Positions 9,732-19,785 are shown, counted from the first letter of the stretch. The stretch is DNA of 64,000 bases from an uncultured virus (IMG/VR IMGVR_UViG_3300025697_003303) (IMGVR_UViG_3300025697_003303); one strand, 5' to 3'. Numbers and translations: made by a program. The notes: generated from the sequence alone by a model not told the origin.

Positions 9732-10708
9732 ACTATAAAAACACTTTTACATTTATCACATTTATAATTTACTTTTATTTCCGCTTTTAGTGCTTCTCTC
9801 GTCGCAATGACGCTGTTACAATCAGGACATACTGTCCTTCTAAATTCTCTAGCTTTATCGTTAAAAATGTTATGAACGTAAACAAAGTTAAAAGTAGTCT
9901 TTAAGAATTCCGCTACCTCAAAAACAGTCTCATTAGAACTGCTCTCACTTATATTTTCGTCAGTCGGAATAATCCTCAACACATGAATTGGAATGTCTGA
10001 TTTTATACCTGAACCTATCGAATCTAAATCCAAAAGAGGAGTAAAATCATACAATTCGCTGTCCCCATAAACCGGAACACTAATTTCTACATGATTCTTA
10101 CTTAAAATAGCTTGCTTAATTCTTTCAAATACAGGAACCCCCTTATCTACATTAGCTCCACATTTATCATAATAAACGCTATCATCGCCCTTCCAGTCTA
10201 TATTCAATGCGTCAGTCGCTTCTAGAATATCAGTCCAAGGATCTTCGTTAACATAAGCGTTTGTACTTATCATAAATTTTATGTTCTGCTTACTACACTT
10301 CTCTGCCAAATCTAAAAGAAACTCATAATAAGGGATAGGCTCAGTATAAGTCATACATACACCAATACATCCTTTTGCGACAGCCATATTAACTATCGCA
10401 CTTGGACTAAAATATTTACATCCGTCAGCATTTTTCTTCCTACTTATACATATGTTCTGGCAAAAATTGCAGACTAGATTGCAGCCACTCCCACCCACAG
10501 ATAGTATCTTAGAACCTGGAAAGAAATGATAAAAAGGCTTCTTCTCAATCGGTTCTATAGCCATTGTAGAAATGCGGCTATAACTCTCTAGATAGATCCC
10601 ATCCTTAGAAGCTTTTCTAGATCCACAGATACCAGATTGACCGCTTTTTAGCGTACATTCATGAGGACATATCGTACATTTAAACGAACCACTCTCTTGT
10701 TTTTTCAA
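9728..10708 (-). CDS. amrS: AmmeMemoRadiSam-type radical SAM enzyme (TTG start)
   Basis: CTICPHEC..GICGSR, EPIEKKPFYHFFPGS, GCNLVCNFCQN, TYTEP. Confidence 0.85.
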   Translation of the reverse strand: MKKQESGSFKCTICPHECTLKSGQSGICGSRKASKDGIYLESYSRISTMAIEPIEKKPFYHFFPGSKILSVGGSGCNLVCNFCQNICISRKKNADGCKYFSPSAIVNMAVAKGCIGVCMTYTEPIPYYEFLLDLAEKCSKQNIKFMISTNAYVNEDPWTDILEATDALNIDWKGDDSVYYDKCGANVDKGVPVFERIKQAILSKNHVEISVPVYGDSELYDFTPLLDLDSIGSGIKSDIPIHVLRIIPTDENISESSSNETVFEVAEFLKTTFNFVYVHNIFNDKAREFRRTVCPDCNSVIATREALKAEIKVNYKCDKCKSVFIV

Positions 10709-10718
10709 CGAGTCTCTC

Positions 10719-11273
10719 CTAAGAATCTTGTCCCTGTTTATTTTTCAGATATATCTCACCTATGGCACATTTTCCGTCCATATGATCTATTTCATGACTA
10801 ATAACCTTAGATTCGAATCCTTCAAAATCTTCTATATGTTCTTCAAAATTCGCATCTAAATACTTAACCTTAATAGCATAAGGTCTTTGAATCTCTGAGA
10901 CTATTCCTGGGAAGGAAAGACACCCCTCTTCTCCGATAGTAAACTTGTCAGAAGATTGTTCTATAATTTCAGGATTTATTAACAACCTTACTGTATTAAG
11001 TTTTACATTGAATCTCAATACACAAACTCTTTTACTTACTCCAATTTGACAAGCTGCTAATCCAACTCCGTTTGATGTCGCACATACAACGTCCATAAGA
11101 GTTTTAATAAACGCAGTATCATCATCCTTAGACAATTCTGTAGATAAGGCATAAAGCTCAGGAGCATCATATAAAAGAATCTTCTCAACGAGTTCCATAT
11201 TAGCTGCTTTCTTCTTCTCTCTGTTGGCGAAAATCTTATTGCGTCTTTTTAATGCTTTTGTTTTATTACTCAT
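10719..11273 (-). CDS. def: Peptide deformylase
   Basis: GVGLAACQIG, EGCLSFPG and HEIDHMDG motifs. Confidence 0.95.
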   Translation of the reverse strand: MSNKTKALKRRNKIFANREKKKAANMELVEKILLYDAPELYALSTELSKDDDTAFIKTLMDVVCATSNGVGLAACQIGVSKRVCVLRFNVKLNTVRLLINPEIIEQSSDKFTIGEEGCLSFPGIVSEIQRPYAIKVKYLDANFEEHIEDFEGFESKVISHEIDHMDGKCAIGEIYLKNKQGQDS

Positions 11274-11275
11274 AA

Positions 11276-11668
11276 TTATCTCAACGCAACCTTAATTCGG
11301 ATACGTCCATCCTTGTCTACTTTTTCTGATTTAAGTGAATATTTAGTACTTTTCTTTCTGACAGTCTGCTTAACTCTATGTTTAGAATACAACTGTTTCA
11401 AAAGCTTAAGTTTGAGCTTTCTCTTATCCATAGAATCATGATGCAAAAGATATGTGTCTCCTGACAACTCAAATCCTACATCAGCACTTAATGCCCTATT
11501 AGACGCTTTCCGTAAAATCACATGAGCTTTTTTGCCAGTTTTATTATAAAAACTCTTAAGCGTTTGAGCAACGTCGTTTCGCTCGACAACAAACCCTAAT
11601 TCTTTGAGAGATTCTACTAAACAATCTCCATCCTTCAACTCAACTTTTATAGTAATATTCTCTGACAT
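11276..11668 (-). CDS. DUF1257 (Ycf35-like) protein
   Basis: ELKDGDCLVESLKELG..KAHVIL..ADVGFEL..LKQLYS. Paralog of next gene. Confidence 0.7.
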   Translation of the reverse strand: MSENITIKVELKDGDCLVESLKELGFVVERNDVAQTLKSFYNKTGKKAHVILRKASNRALSADVGFELSGDTYLLHHDSMDKRKLKLKLLKQLYSKHRVKQTVRKKSTKYSLKSEKVDKDGRIRIKVALR

Positions 11669-11673
11669 CTTAT

Positions 11674-12075
11674 TTACCTGATAGACACTTTGATTCTAAT
11701 TCGACCATCAGCATCAACTGTTTTTGATTTCAGTTTATACTTTGTGGTCTTATGGGAAATAGTTTTTTCTACTTTATATTTAGCATAAAGTTGTTTCAAT
11801 TGATTTGGTCTTAGTTTCTTCTTGTTCTTGTCAAATTCCGAAACACGCAAAATGTATTCGCCATTTATCAACTCAAAACCGACATCATTAGAAGCTCTAC
11901 CAACTTGACTTCTAGGTATAATTATATGAGCTTTCTGCTTTCGCTTGTCGCCCTGATAACCTTCAAGAGCTACAGCATCAGCATGTATCTGAGGCTTGTA
12001 ACCGAGTTCTTCTAAAGTTTTAACAAGACACTCTTGATCTTTTAAGCCGATATCGATTTGATGATATTCAGACAT
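11674..12075 (-). CDS. DUF1257 (Ycf35-like) protein
   Basis: LEGYQGDKRKQKAHIIIPR..ASNDVGFE..LKQLYA..DGRIRI. Start at ATG 12075 behind AAGGA. Confidence 0.75.
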   Translation of the reverse strand: MSEYHQIDIGLKDQECLVKTLEELGYKPQIHADAVALEGYQGDKRKQKAHIIIPRSQVGRASNDVGFELINGEYILRVSEFDKNKKKLRPNQLKQLYAKYKVEKTISHKTTKYKLKSKTVDADGRIRIKVSIR

Positions 12076-12086
12076 ATCTATATTCC

Positions 12087-12560
12087 TTAATCTAAGATGT
12101 CTCTTAGCCAAGACATTTTTGGTAAATCTTCCGGGTTCTTTTCCGCTCTTTCCAGAGCAACTATAACATCTTTATCAGTAAAAAGTAGATGATGCTCATC
12201 GTTATCAATGACTACTCTTACATGATTGTATTTACTCGCCGCTGTCGGAACTTTCTTCTTGTTAACGACCTCTTGCAAATCAGCCATTCTTGGCTCATTG
12301 AAAAGATTAACTTCATCTACTATTATATCACGCATCCAGGACACTTTCGGTAAATCTTCTGGATTTTTATTAGCTCTTTTAAGTCCAAGCTTAATCTGCC
12401 AATCAGTAAACAACAAATGCTTCTCTTCACCGCTTGGGAACTGAACTCTGATATGATTATACTTCAATGCCGCTCCAAACTTCCTATCTGCATTTTTAAC
12501 CTTCTCTACGTCACCGAGCCTTTTGCCTTTTACTTGTTTTCCTATTACACCAATTTTCAT
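12087..12560 (-). CDS. Hypothetical protein built from two tandem ~65-aa repeats
   Basis: KYNH(I/V)RV..HLLFTD..RA.KNPEDLPK.SW.RDI occurs twice. Confidence 0.75.
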   Translation of the reverse strand: MKIGVIGKQVKGKRLGDVEKVKNADRKFGAALKYNHIRVQFPSGEEKHLLFTDWQIKLGLKRANKNPEDLPKVSWMRDIIVDEVNLFNEPRMADLQEVVNKKKVPTAASKYNHVRVVIDNDEHHLLFTDKDVIVALERAEKNPEDLPKMSWLRDILD

Positions 12561-12561
12561 A

Positions 12562-13077
12562 TTATTCTCCTAATATTATGTCGTTTGTTTTATCGTTATG
12601 ATATCTAATTAAAAGATCAACAAAATCTCTCACAGCACCATGCCCACCTTTGTTATCGGAAATATGGTTAGATTGCTGCTGTATATCATAAATAGCATCA
12701 CTTGGACAAGCAGTAATTTTAGCCAAGTTCATACATTCTAAATCATTTTCATCATCGCCCATATAAGCGATATTATCAAAAGTTATATCTGTCCCTTCTA
12801 AACGAGTTTCTATATGTTGTTTTTTGTCTATCACAGAACTAAAAACATGCAAATTATGTTTAGCTACAACAGGTAATCTTTTGAACTGATATTCTATACA
12901 CATGTCTGTAGCACCAGTTATAATATAAACTTTAACTCCTAAATCTTGTAATTTTGATAGTCCATGAAAGTCTTTTGTATTAAAAGCTTTCGTAACAATG
13001 TCATCATCAGAAACCCTATAAGTTCCATCAGTTAAAGTCCCATCTAAGTCGGTTATAAACATTTTTATTTTTGTCAT
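12562..13077 (-). CDS. kdsC: KdsC/YrbI-family HAD phosphatase (KDO-8-P or nonulosonate-9-P phosphatase)
   Basis: DLDGTLTDG, IITG, YMGDDEND, GGHGAVRDF. Real start ATG 13077. Confidence 0.88.
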   Translation of the reverse strand: MTKIKMFITDLDGTLTDGTYRVSDDDIVTKAFNTKDFHGLSKLQDLGVKVYIITGATDMCIEYQFKRLPVVAKHNLHVFSSVIDKKQHIETRLEGTDITFDNIAYMGDDENDLECMNLAKITACPSDAIYDIQQQSNHISDNKGGHGAVRDFVDLLIRYHNDKTNDIILGE

Positions 13078-13135
13078 AATATATATTATATCGAATTTTT
13101 GTTCACATTCCGATATAAAAATAAAGGAGACAAAC

Positions 13136-14026
13136 ATGGAAGAAAAATATGCAACAGTAATAGCTGAAGTAGGTGGAACGCACATCGGCAAAATGGATAG
13201 AGCTAAAGATCTTATCAAATTAGCTAAAGAAGCTGGAGCAGACGTAGTAAAATTTCAAAAACGAAATCCATATGAAAGCGTTGCTAAAGAATGGTGGGAT
13301 AAACCCCATCCTAATAAAATATTTTCTTATGGAGACACATATCTAGAACATAGACTCAATCTTGAACTATCTCAAGATCAACATGCAGAATTAAAAGAAT
13401 ATTGTGAAAAAATAGGGATAGTATATTCTACCTCAGTCTGGGACGAAACGTCTACAAAAGAAATAGTTGAACTAAAACCAGACTTCATAAAAATACCGAG
13501 TGCATGCAATCATAGATTAGATCTTATAGATTATATATATGACAATAGTGAATGCGATCTTCATATCTCTACCGGCATGACAAATCACGCAGAAAGAGAT
13601 ATACTATTCACTCATATACTTGAAAAAGATAAAAACTTAGAACGTACAGTCATATATCATTGCACCAGTGGCTATCCAGTCCCTTTCGATAAACTCTACC
13701 TAAAAGAACTAACAATGATATCTTTATCATTTAAATCTAAATGTAATACTCTAGGGATCAGTAGCTCGAATCTTAAATTGGGTTTTTCTAATCATGGATA
13801 TGGCATCGCTATGGAACCAGCAGCATACGCTTTAGGAGCTAGATATTTTGAAAGACACTTCGCTGATGATCGGTCTTTTCGTCATTCAGACAGTTCCTGC
13901 TCCCTTGAGCCTCAAGGATTAGAAAAGCTTGTCAGAGACCTAAGATCCTTAGAAGTTGCCTTAGAAGGCAAGCCATACGCTATAGACGACATTGAGATGG
14001 AACAAAGGAATAAACTCAGAGCTTAA
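13136..14026 (+). CDS. neuB: NeuB-family N-acetylneuraminate/nonulosonate(-9-P) synthase without C-terminal SAF domain
   Basis: IAEVGGTH.G, GADVVKFQKR, KIPSA, ISTGM, HCTSGYP, GFSNH, ERHF. AAGGAG RBS. Only convincing plus-strand gene. Confidence 0.93.
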   Translation: MEEKYATVIAEVGGTHIGKMDRAKDLIKLAKEAGADVVKFQKRNPYESVAKEWWDKPHPNKIFSYGDTYLEHRLNLELSQDQHAELKEYCEKIGIVYSTSVWDETSTKEIVELKPDFIKIPSACNHRLDLIDYIYDNSECDLHISTGMTNHAERDILFTHILEKDKNLERTVIYHCTSGYPVPFDKLYLKELTMISLSFKSKCNTLGISSSNLKLGFSNHGYGIAMEPAAYALGARYFERHFADDRSFRHSDSSCSLEPQGLEKLVRDLRSLEVALEGKPYAIDDIEMEQRNKLRA

Positions 14027-14789
14027 GAAAATCTATCATAGTCTGCTCTATTATTTTAAAATCTAATTCAGTATCTATCTGAAGAGATCTCTGCTCGTCA
14101 AGAGGATAAACCGTAAAATTTGGACCTATTCTATTATTAGTTTCTAACAATATATCTATATCTGTCAAGTATAGGTTTCCGCAATCGTGTAGGAAAAAAT
14201 CTTTTTCACTCAAGGACTGCCGCATTGGTCTATTCTTTAACAATGTCCTTTCGTTCATTACATATCCGTCTTTTTCTTTATGCACGAAAAACGGAGTATG
14301 AACGCTTACTGTAAATAGACTATCTGCTTTCTCTCTTTCTTTCTTCTGTAAACATTCATCGATCAAAACACTTTCTCTTGTATCACGAATCGGAGATGTT
14401 GGCTGAAGATTAGCAATGATATCAGCATCTATTCCTAAATTTTCTTTTGCAAAATTATAAGCATGTATCAATGCGTCCTCATTTTTACTGGTGGCTGTAG
14501 CATATTCATCAGGACGCTGAAGAAAATTTATATTCTTGCATTTAACCAAATCTTCAAAACGAGTATCAGACTTATCGGCTATCTCATTGATTAATTGTAA
14601 TGATATTTCTTTGACATGTTCGCAATTAGAACTAATAATTACGGAATCAACATAGTTAGATCTTATTGCAGATAATATGGACCATGTAAATAACGGGGCA
14701 CCCAACATCTTCTTGTAGTTTTTTCCCGGAAGACCAACACTCCCGGCTCGTGCCGTAATAATTGCTAAAACTTTTTTGCCATTTATCAT
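14016..14789 (-). CDS. neuA: CMP-nonulosonate (acylneuraminate) cytidylyltransferase
   Basis: AIITARAGSVGLPGKN, LQPTSPIR, QIDTELDF. Confidence 0.92.
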   Translation of the reverse strand: MINGKKVLAIITARAGSVGLPGKNYKKMLGAPLFTWSILSAIRSNYVDSVIISSNCEHVKEISLQLINEIADKSDTRFEDLVKCKNINFLQRPDEYATATSKNEDALIHAYNFAKENLGIDADIIANLQPTSPIRDTRESVLIDECLQKKEREKADSLFTVSVHTPFFVHKEKDGYVMNERTLLKNRPMRQSLSEKDFFLHDCGNLYLTDIDILLETNNRIGPNFTVYPLDEQRSLQIDTELDFKIIEQTMIDFLKL

Positions 14790-14796
14790 ACATATG

Positions 14797-15681
14797 TTAT
14801 CGGATAATATCGCAATTTTGTCTTATCTGATACGCTAAATCTATAGCTGGTTTGGCATCTAGGATACCATATCCATTTCCATCCAATATTTCACGATATG
14901 ATTTAGTATGCAAATCTGTAAACCCATCAGAGAACTCTAATTCCTCACCATCTATATCAATACACCTATAAGTCTTTTCGCAACCTATAGGTAACAACTT
15001 TTTGTCGGTTGATAATTCCCATTCTATGTTAGCTCTATCTAATACTAAATGCCCAGAAATATGATCGTCATTATGTAAAACAGAAGTTGAATCTTTAACG
15101 CTACCAAATAGCCATATTAGCATATCAAAAAAATGGATTCCTATATTCATGATAAGTCCACCAGATTTAAGAGGATCTCCTTTCCATGAATGTCCATACC
15201 ATTTCCCTCTTGATGTGATATATTTTAACTTAATTTCATATTTTTTATCTTTTAAGCTGTTTTTAAGTTTTTGTATTGATTCATGATATCTTAATTGTAA
15301 TATAGAATAGACTTTACCTTTACTGTCCTCCTGCATTTTATTTAAAGCATCACAATTCCAAGGAGATATAACCAACGGTTTCTCACATATTACATTAGAA
15401 CCAATACGCAAACCAAATCTGATGTGAGCATCATGCAAATAATTGGGAGAACAAATGGAGACATAATCAATGTTGATCCCAGATTCAATCAACTTACAAA
15501 TGTGACGATCAAATCTTTCAAATTCACAAAAATAAGCGGAATTAGGAAAATATGAATCAATTATACCAACCGAATCGTGAGGATCTAGGATAGCTAATAA
15601 ATCGTTCCCAGTCTCCTTAATAGCTTTTAGATGTCTTGGAGCTATATAACCTGCTGCACCGACCAATACAAAATTTGCCAC
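14797..15681 (-). CDS. wbpB: Gfo/Idh/MocA oxidoreductase, WbpB/WlbA-like UDP-GlcNAcA 3-dehydrogenase (GTG start)
   Basis: GAAGYIAPRHLKAIK, ICSPNYLHDAH, CEKPLV, NIGIHFFDML, EFSDGFTDLHT. Confidence 0.88.
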   Translation of the reverse strand: MANFVLVGAAGYIAPRHLKAIKETGNDLLAILDPHDSVGIIDSYFPNSAYFCEFERFDRHICKLIESGINIDYVSICSPNYLHDAHIRFGLRIGSNVICEKPLVISPWNCDALNKMQEDSKGKVYSILQLRYHESIQKLKNSLKDKKYEIKLKYITSRGKWYGHSWKGDPLKSGGLIMNIGIHFFDMLIWLFGSVKDSTSVLHNDDHISGHLVLDRANIEWELSTDKKLLPIGCEKTYRCIDIDGEELEFSDGFTDLHTKSYREILDGNGYGILDAKPAIDLAYQIRQNCDIIR

Positions 15682-15691
15682 GATAACCTCA

Positions 15692-16387
15692 TTATATCAT
15701 TTTTAAAGCGTCTTCCAAAGGAATTTTGCGAAAAGAGTCTATCTGACTAGAAAGACTACAATTATACACAGAAGCTTTTTTATGGATAGCGAACCTGTTC
15801 AAATGCTTATACATTTTATTATTTAATATAAAAATTCTCATTTGGTGATGCCTAGAATGAATCATCCCCTTAAAATGAGGTCGATCCCTCTTATCCCAAT
15901 GCTCCCAAAAATAACGACGACCCATAGAACCTCTTATATAATGATCAGCCCCCAACAAAAAGACCTTCTTACAACCCATCTGTAAAGCCAAATCTAAAGC
16001 AGAAGGAACACTAGAACAATGACAAAGACCCTCATCTTCAACATCTAAACCGTTTTCATCCGTAGGACGAGGACTAAATACATAAAAACCACTAAGCTCT
16101 CTAAAATATCTTCTCCAACTATCACGAACAATCCTATTAGCCTTAGCGTCTAAAACATCTTTCCAATAACTCCACTTTCTACAAAAAGCATCATTAGATA
16201 TCCAATATCTTTTGTCTGCCTTACCTTTAGCCCAATCCATTAAAACAATAGAAGAGTTAACACAAATAACCACATGTTTATGAATTCCAGAAATATCAAG
16301 ATTATTCAAACTCGTACCAGAACCAACGACAAAAGCACTCTCTCCTACATGCTTGTCTTTTAGTAATGTATATGGTTTTAAATTCAT
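15692..16387 (-). CDS. Maf/DUF115-like putative nonulosonate transferase
   Basis: LKDKHVGESAFVVGSGTSL, ALDLALQMGCKKVFLLGADH, VYNCS. Confidence 0.65.
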   Translation of the reverse strand: MNLKPYTLLKDKHVGESAFVVGSGTSLNNLDISGIHKHVVICVNSSIVLMDWAKGKADKRYWISNDAFCRKWSYWKDVLDAKANRIVRDSWRRYFRELSGFYVFSPRPTDENGLDVEDEGLCHCSSVPSALDLALQMGCKKVFLLGADHYIRGSMGRRYFWEHWDKRDRPHFKGMIHSRHHQMRIFILNNKMYKHLNRFAIHKKASVYNCSLSSQIDSFRKIPLEDALKMI

Positions 16388-18279
16388 GCTAGTCCACACT
16401 CAGAAACGAAACGACTAGGTTCTACTTTGATTAATTCAGGTTTTCCCCATGGAGATTTAAGCCTATTCTCACAACTAGAAACATATAATCTTCTCTCAGA
16501 TCTAGTAATCCCGACAAAGAATACTCTTCTTTCTTCTTCAACAGCCTCTATCTTCTCCTCTGGAGTCTTCGCTTCCCTTAACGCCATGAAATGAGGATGT
16601 ATACCCTCTTCCGCTCCAACAATAAAAACAACAGGGAATTCCAACCCCTTTGAAGCATGCATTGTCATCAAAGAAACAGAATCTTCCGCTTCCTTATCTG
16701 AAGACGAAATCAAAGCTATACTATGAAGATAATCAGAGATAGATGAATTTGTTTGACCAAAAACCGTAGCATTATTTATAAGCTCCTCAACATTACTCTT
16801 CCTGTCTTCATAATCTTTATTGTTCTTAGAAGCTTTCTCCAAATGACCATAATAATTAATCTTAGAGATAAGAAGAGATAGAGCCTTGCCAGCATGCATA
16901 GCAGAAAAATCAAAATCAAAAACTTCTCGTATCCTTTTAGCTGCTTTTATTATGCTCTTTCGATTAGTCAACTCGTCAATTTTTGAACACGCTTCCATCA
17001 AAGATATATCATTATCTTGAGAAACCTCGACTATTCTACTATATGTTACTTCGCCTATATCGCTAAACATATCTATAACACGATGAAAAGCGATCTTGTC
17101 ATAAGAATTGGCAAGCCATCTGAGCATCCCTAGACAGTCTCTTATTTCTTTTCTATCAAAAAAGTTAGGTCCACCAATAACTGTAAAGGGTATATACAAT
17201 TTAGCAAATGCCGTTTGGAGTTCAAGAGACATTCTATTTAACCTATAAAAAATAGCAATATCGTTATAAGCCCAACCTTCGTCATCTACTAGAAACTTAA
17301 TCTTCTTAGCTACTGCATTAGCTTCTGCTGTTTGATCATAATGTTTAGAATAATAAGGCTCTTGACCGCTCTCATTGTCAGTCTCAAATTTTATTACTGT
17401 AAAACTACTATTCTTTTTAATTAACTTTTCTGCAACTTTAATAATTTCAGGTGTCGATCTGTAATTTTTACCTAAAGATATTTCCTTACAGTCTTTATAC
17501 TTCGTAATAAAGTCTAAAACGTTTTGATATCTTGCTCCTCTAAAGCGGTACACACTTTGATTTACGTCTCCTATGACCATAACATTTTTGTGTTTTCCAG
17601 CAAAAAGATTAACAAGTTCGAACTGAGCATAGTTCGTATCTTGTATTTCATCTACCAATATGTACTCAAACTGGTTTTGCAATCTTCCTAGAATATCTTC
17701 TTCCGTTTTTAAAAGTCTAACTGTCTCATACAACAATCCACTAAAATCAATAGCGTTTTGTTCTTTAATTTCTGCTAGATATTTTTTAGCAATACTAGAT
17801 TCAACGCTATCTTCAAACCTTTGTAATATTGTGTTTTCATCTTCTATCATTTCTCTGCCAAAATTCATCTTATGTCCAATACCATAAAAATTCAGTTTCT
17901 TGACATCAAATCCCATCTGACGAGCGAGACTCTTCATCAAACTTTTTTGGTCATGATCATCAAATATGCTAAAACCTTTTGTATATCCTATCTTCGTTCC
18001 TACTTTACGCAATATTTTAACGCAAAGAGAATGAAACGTTCCAATATAAAACGTAGCATCAGCAATATTAAGCCTTTTACAAATACGTTCACGCATTTCG
18101 TTTGCTGCTTTATTGGTAAATGTAAGACATAAGATATGAGATGGATTAACGCCCTTATCAATAAGATTTGCAACTCGCTCTACAACACAGGCCGTTTTTC
18201 CCGATCCAGGTCCAGCCGTTACTACACATTGTCCCTGGAAAAAATCTACTACTTCTTGCTGCTGATCATTAAATAACAT
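16384..18279 (-). CDS. uvrD: UvrD/PcrA/Rep-family SF1 DNA helicase
   Basis: AGPGSGKT, LTFTNKAA, VDEIQDTN, GDVNQSVYRFRGA, NYRS, MTMHASKGLEF, EEERRVFFVGITR. Confidence 0.95.
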   Translation of the reverse strand: MLFNDQQQEVVDFFQGQCVVTAGPGSGKTACVVERVANLIDKGVNPSHILCLTFTNKAANEMRERICKRLNIADATFYIGTFHSLCVKILRKVGTKIGYTKGFSIFDDHDQKSLMKSLARQMGFDVKKLNFYGIGHKMNFGREMIEDENTILQRFEDSVESSIAKKYLAEIKEQNAIDFSGLLYETVRLLKTEEDILGRLQNQFEYILVDEIQDTNYAQFELVNLFAGKHKNVMVIGDVNQSVYRFRGARYQNVLDFITKYKDCKEISLGKNYRSTPEIIKVAEKLIKKNSSFTVIKFETDNESGQEPYYSKHYDQTAEANAVAKKIKFLVDDEGWAYNDIAIFYRLNRMSLELQTAFAKLYIPFTVIGGPNFFDRKEIRDCLGMLRWLANSYDKIAFHRVIDMFSDIGEVTYSRIVEVSQDNDISLMEACSKIDELTNRKSIIKAAKRIREVFDFDFSAMHAGKALSLLISKINYYGHLEKASKNNKDYEDRKSNVEELINNATVFGQTNSSISDYLHSIALISSSDKEAEDSVSLMTMHASKGLEFPVVFIVGAEEGIHPHFMALREAKTPEEKIEAVEEERRVFFVGITRSERRLYVSSCENRLKSPWGKPELIKVEPSRFVSECGLA

Positions 18280-18294
18280 ATTGCTCTTTCTGTT

Positions 18295-18660
18295 CTAACT
18301 TTTTTTGGATAGATTAAAGCTTTTAACTTGTGGACGCAGATGGTCAAACATGGAATAAGCCTTCTTCCTTATTCTATCAGAAGAGTAAAACACTTTCCAT
18401 AAATTATTGGGATGGAAAAAGCCTATCTTATTTAATACAATTCTGTTATCTGAATCGTATATTTTGATATGAGGTAATTCATCTACTCCATGTTCGTCAC
18501 AAAGCTTTTGTTGATCATCTGCGAATGCGTCTATATAAATAAAATCTATTTGAGTATCTTTTTCGCCTTTGAGAGAGGGAGGAAACTTTTCTGCTCCAAA
18601 AGCAGAAAGCCACTGCTTGCATCTCTCACACTCTTCACTTGCAAAAAATAATAGTTTCAC
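18295..18660 (-). CDS. Thioredoxin-like protein
   Basis: N-terminal CERC, GVDELPHIKI. Confidence 0.65.
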   Translation of the reverse strand: MKLLFFASEECERCKQWLSAFGAEKFPPSLKGEKDTQIDFIYIDAFADDQQKLCDEHGVDELPHIKIYDSDNRIVLNKIGFFHPNNLWKVFYSSDRIRKKAYSMFDHLRPQVKSFNLSKKS

Positions 18661-19001
18661 TGTTTTTTCGACTCCGCACTCAAGACCTCTGGAAAAGGAT
18701 ACTCATCTATAGCGTCTACAAGTGACCCTATATTATTTTCATCTACTTCATTTGGCATTTTTTTAATCTTAACATCAAAAACCCAATTTAACTCTTTGCC
18801 TTCTATATCAGACAAAAATTTAATTAATTGCTCGTTAGTAACATCTCCGAAAATGCCAAAGCCTTCTAACAACTCCTTACTACGCATAGCTAGTTTTACG
18901 GTTTTATCTTCGTCTAAGATTCTAACACTCCAATATACTAGCTTTTCTTCTTCTTTATATTCTGTACTTAGTATTTTAATCCTTTTTTTATCACTCATCA
19001 T
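18657..19001 (-). CDS. Hypothetical protein
   Basis: ORF overlapping both neighbours in a coupled operon. Confidence 0.65.
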   Translation of the reverse strand: MMSDKKRIKILSTEYKEEEKLVYWSVRILDEDKTVKLAMRSKELLEGFGIFGDVTNEQLIKFLSDIEGKELNWVFDVKIKKMPNEVDENNIGSLVDAIDEYPFPEVLSAESKKQ

Positions 19002-19785
19002 TTTCCCCATCAATAACACTTTCTATGCTTCCTCTCAGACATTCTATCAAAGATCTAACGCACGCAGCTTTTTCTGCTGGGTCCGTAATAGTTCCTTTAA
19101 CAATAGTCATCTGATTAAGAACTACATCTGGAAATAGGTGCAAAAGAAGATGATCATGATAAGATCTATAAGAACCTTCATCTTTGTCATTTATATTTTT
19201 CTTCTTAACGCCTATAGATTCTTCAATCTTTATAAGTTCATTCCACCATTTATCTATATCTTTTTGAGTTACTTTCTTTTTAGCAGTAACTAAAGGACAT
19301 TGATCATGAAGAATAACGTCTGGGCGGTCCTTATACATCTCTTTGAATTTATTAAATCTTTTAGTGAATTTATCTTTAGGAGTTATCCCATAGATATAGC
19401 AATTAAAACATCTAGTTTTATGTTGGGTACATAGACCCGTATCTTTGTTATGGAATATGCACCCCTTCACTGGATTATTATTAAGATAAGCGTTAACAGC
19501 ACGCTCAATCAAATCTAAAATATCCGGCAACGCCCAATATTTTATAACATCCTTCCAAGTATGTAAAAACTCTACGTAAAGAACTTGCGGGGTTTGGCAT
19601 GAACAGCACCAACTTTTGCACGTATCAAGATTATCTATACAACCAGTAGTTGATGGAATTTTCTTGTATAAAGCTCTTAATTTTCTATGTGCTCCTTTTA
19701 GTTTTGGAGCATCGTGGGCGTATTTTTTCATAATGCTTTTTTGAGAAGGAGAATCCCCTCGTTTACGGGTAAGAGGAATTCTCAA
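18991..19785 (-). CDS. YkgJ-like cysteine-cluster (Fe-S/Zn) protein
   Basis: C..CKSWCC, GCIFH...GLCTQHKTRCFNCYIYG, QCP. Confidence 0.7.
   Translation of the reverse strand: MRIPLTRKRGDSPSQKSIMKKYAHDAPKLKGAHRKLRALYKKIPSTTGCIDNLDTCKSWCCSCQTPQVLYVEFLHTWKDVIKYWALPDILDLIERAVNAYLNNNPVKGCIFHNKDTGLCTQHKTRCFNCYIYGITPKDKFTKRFNKFKEMYKDRPDVILHDQCPLVTAKKKVTQKDIDKWWNELIKIEESIGVKKKNINDKDEGSYRSYHDHLLLHLFPDVVLNQMTIVKGTITDPAEKAACVRSLIECLRGSIESVIDGENDE

Noticed and set aside
13078..13218. Track N-terminal extension of kdsC overlapping neuB
   Set aside because: HAD homology starts at ATG 13077; the extension is antisense to neuB and its RBS.
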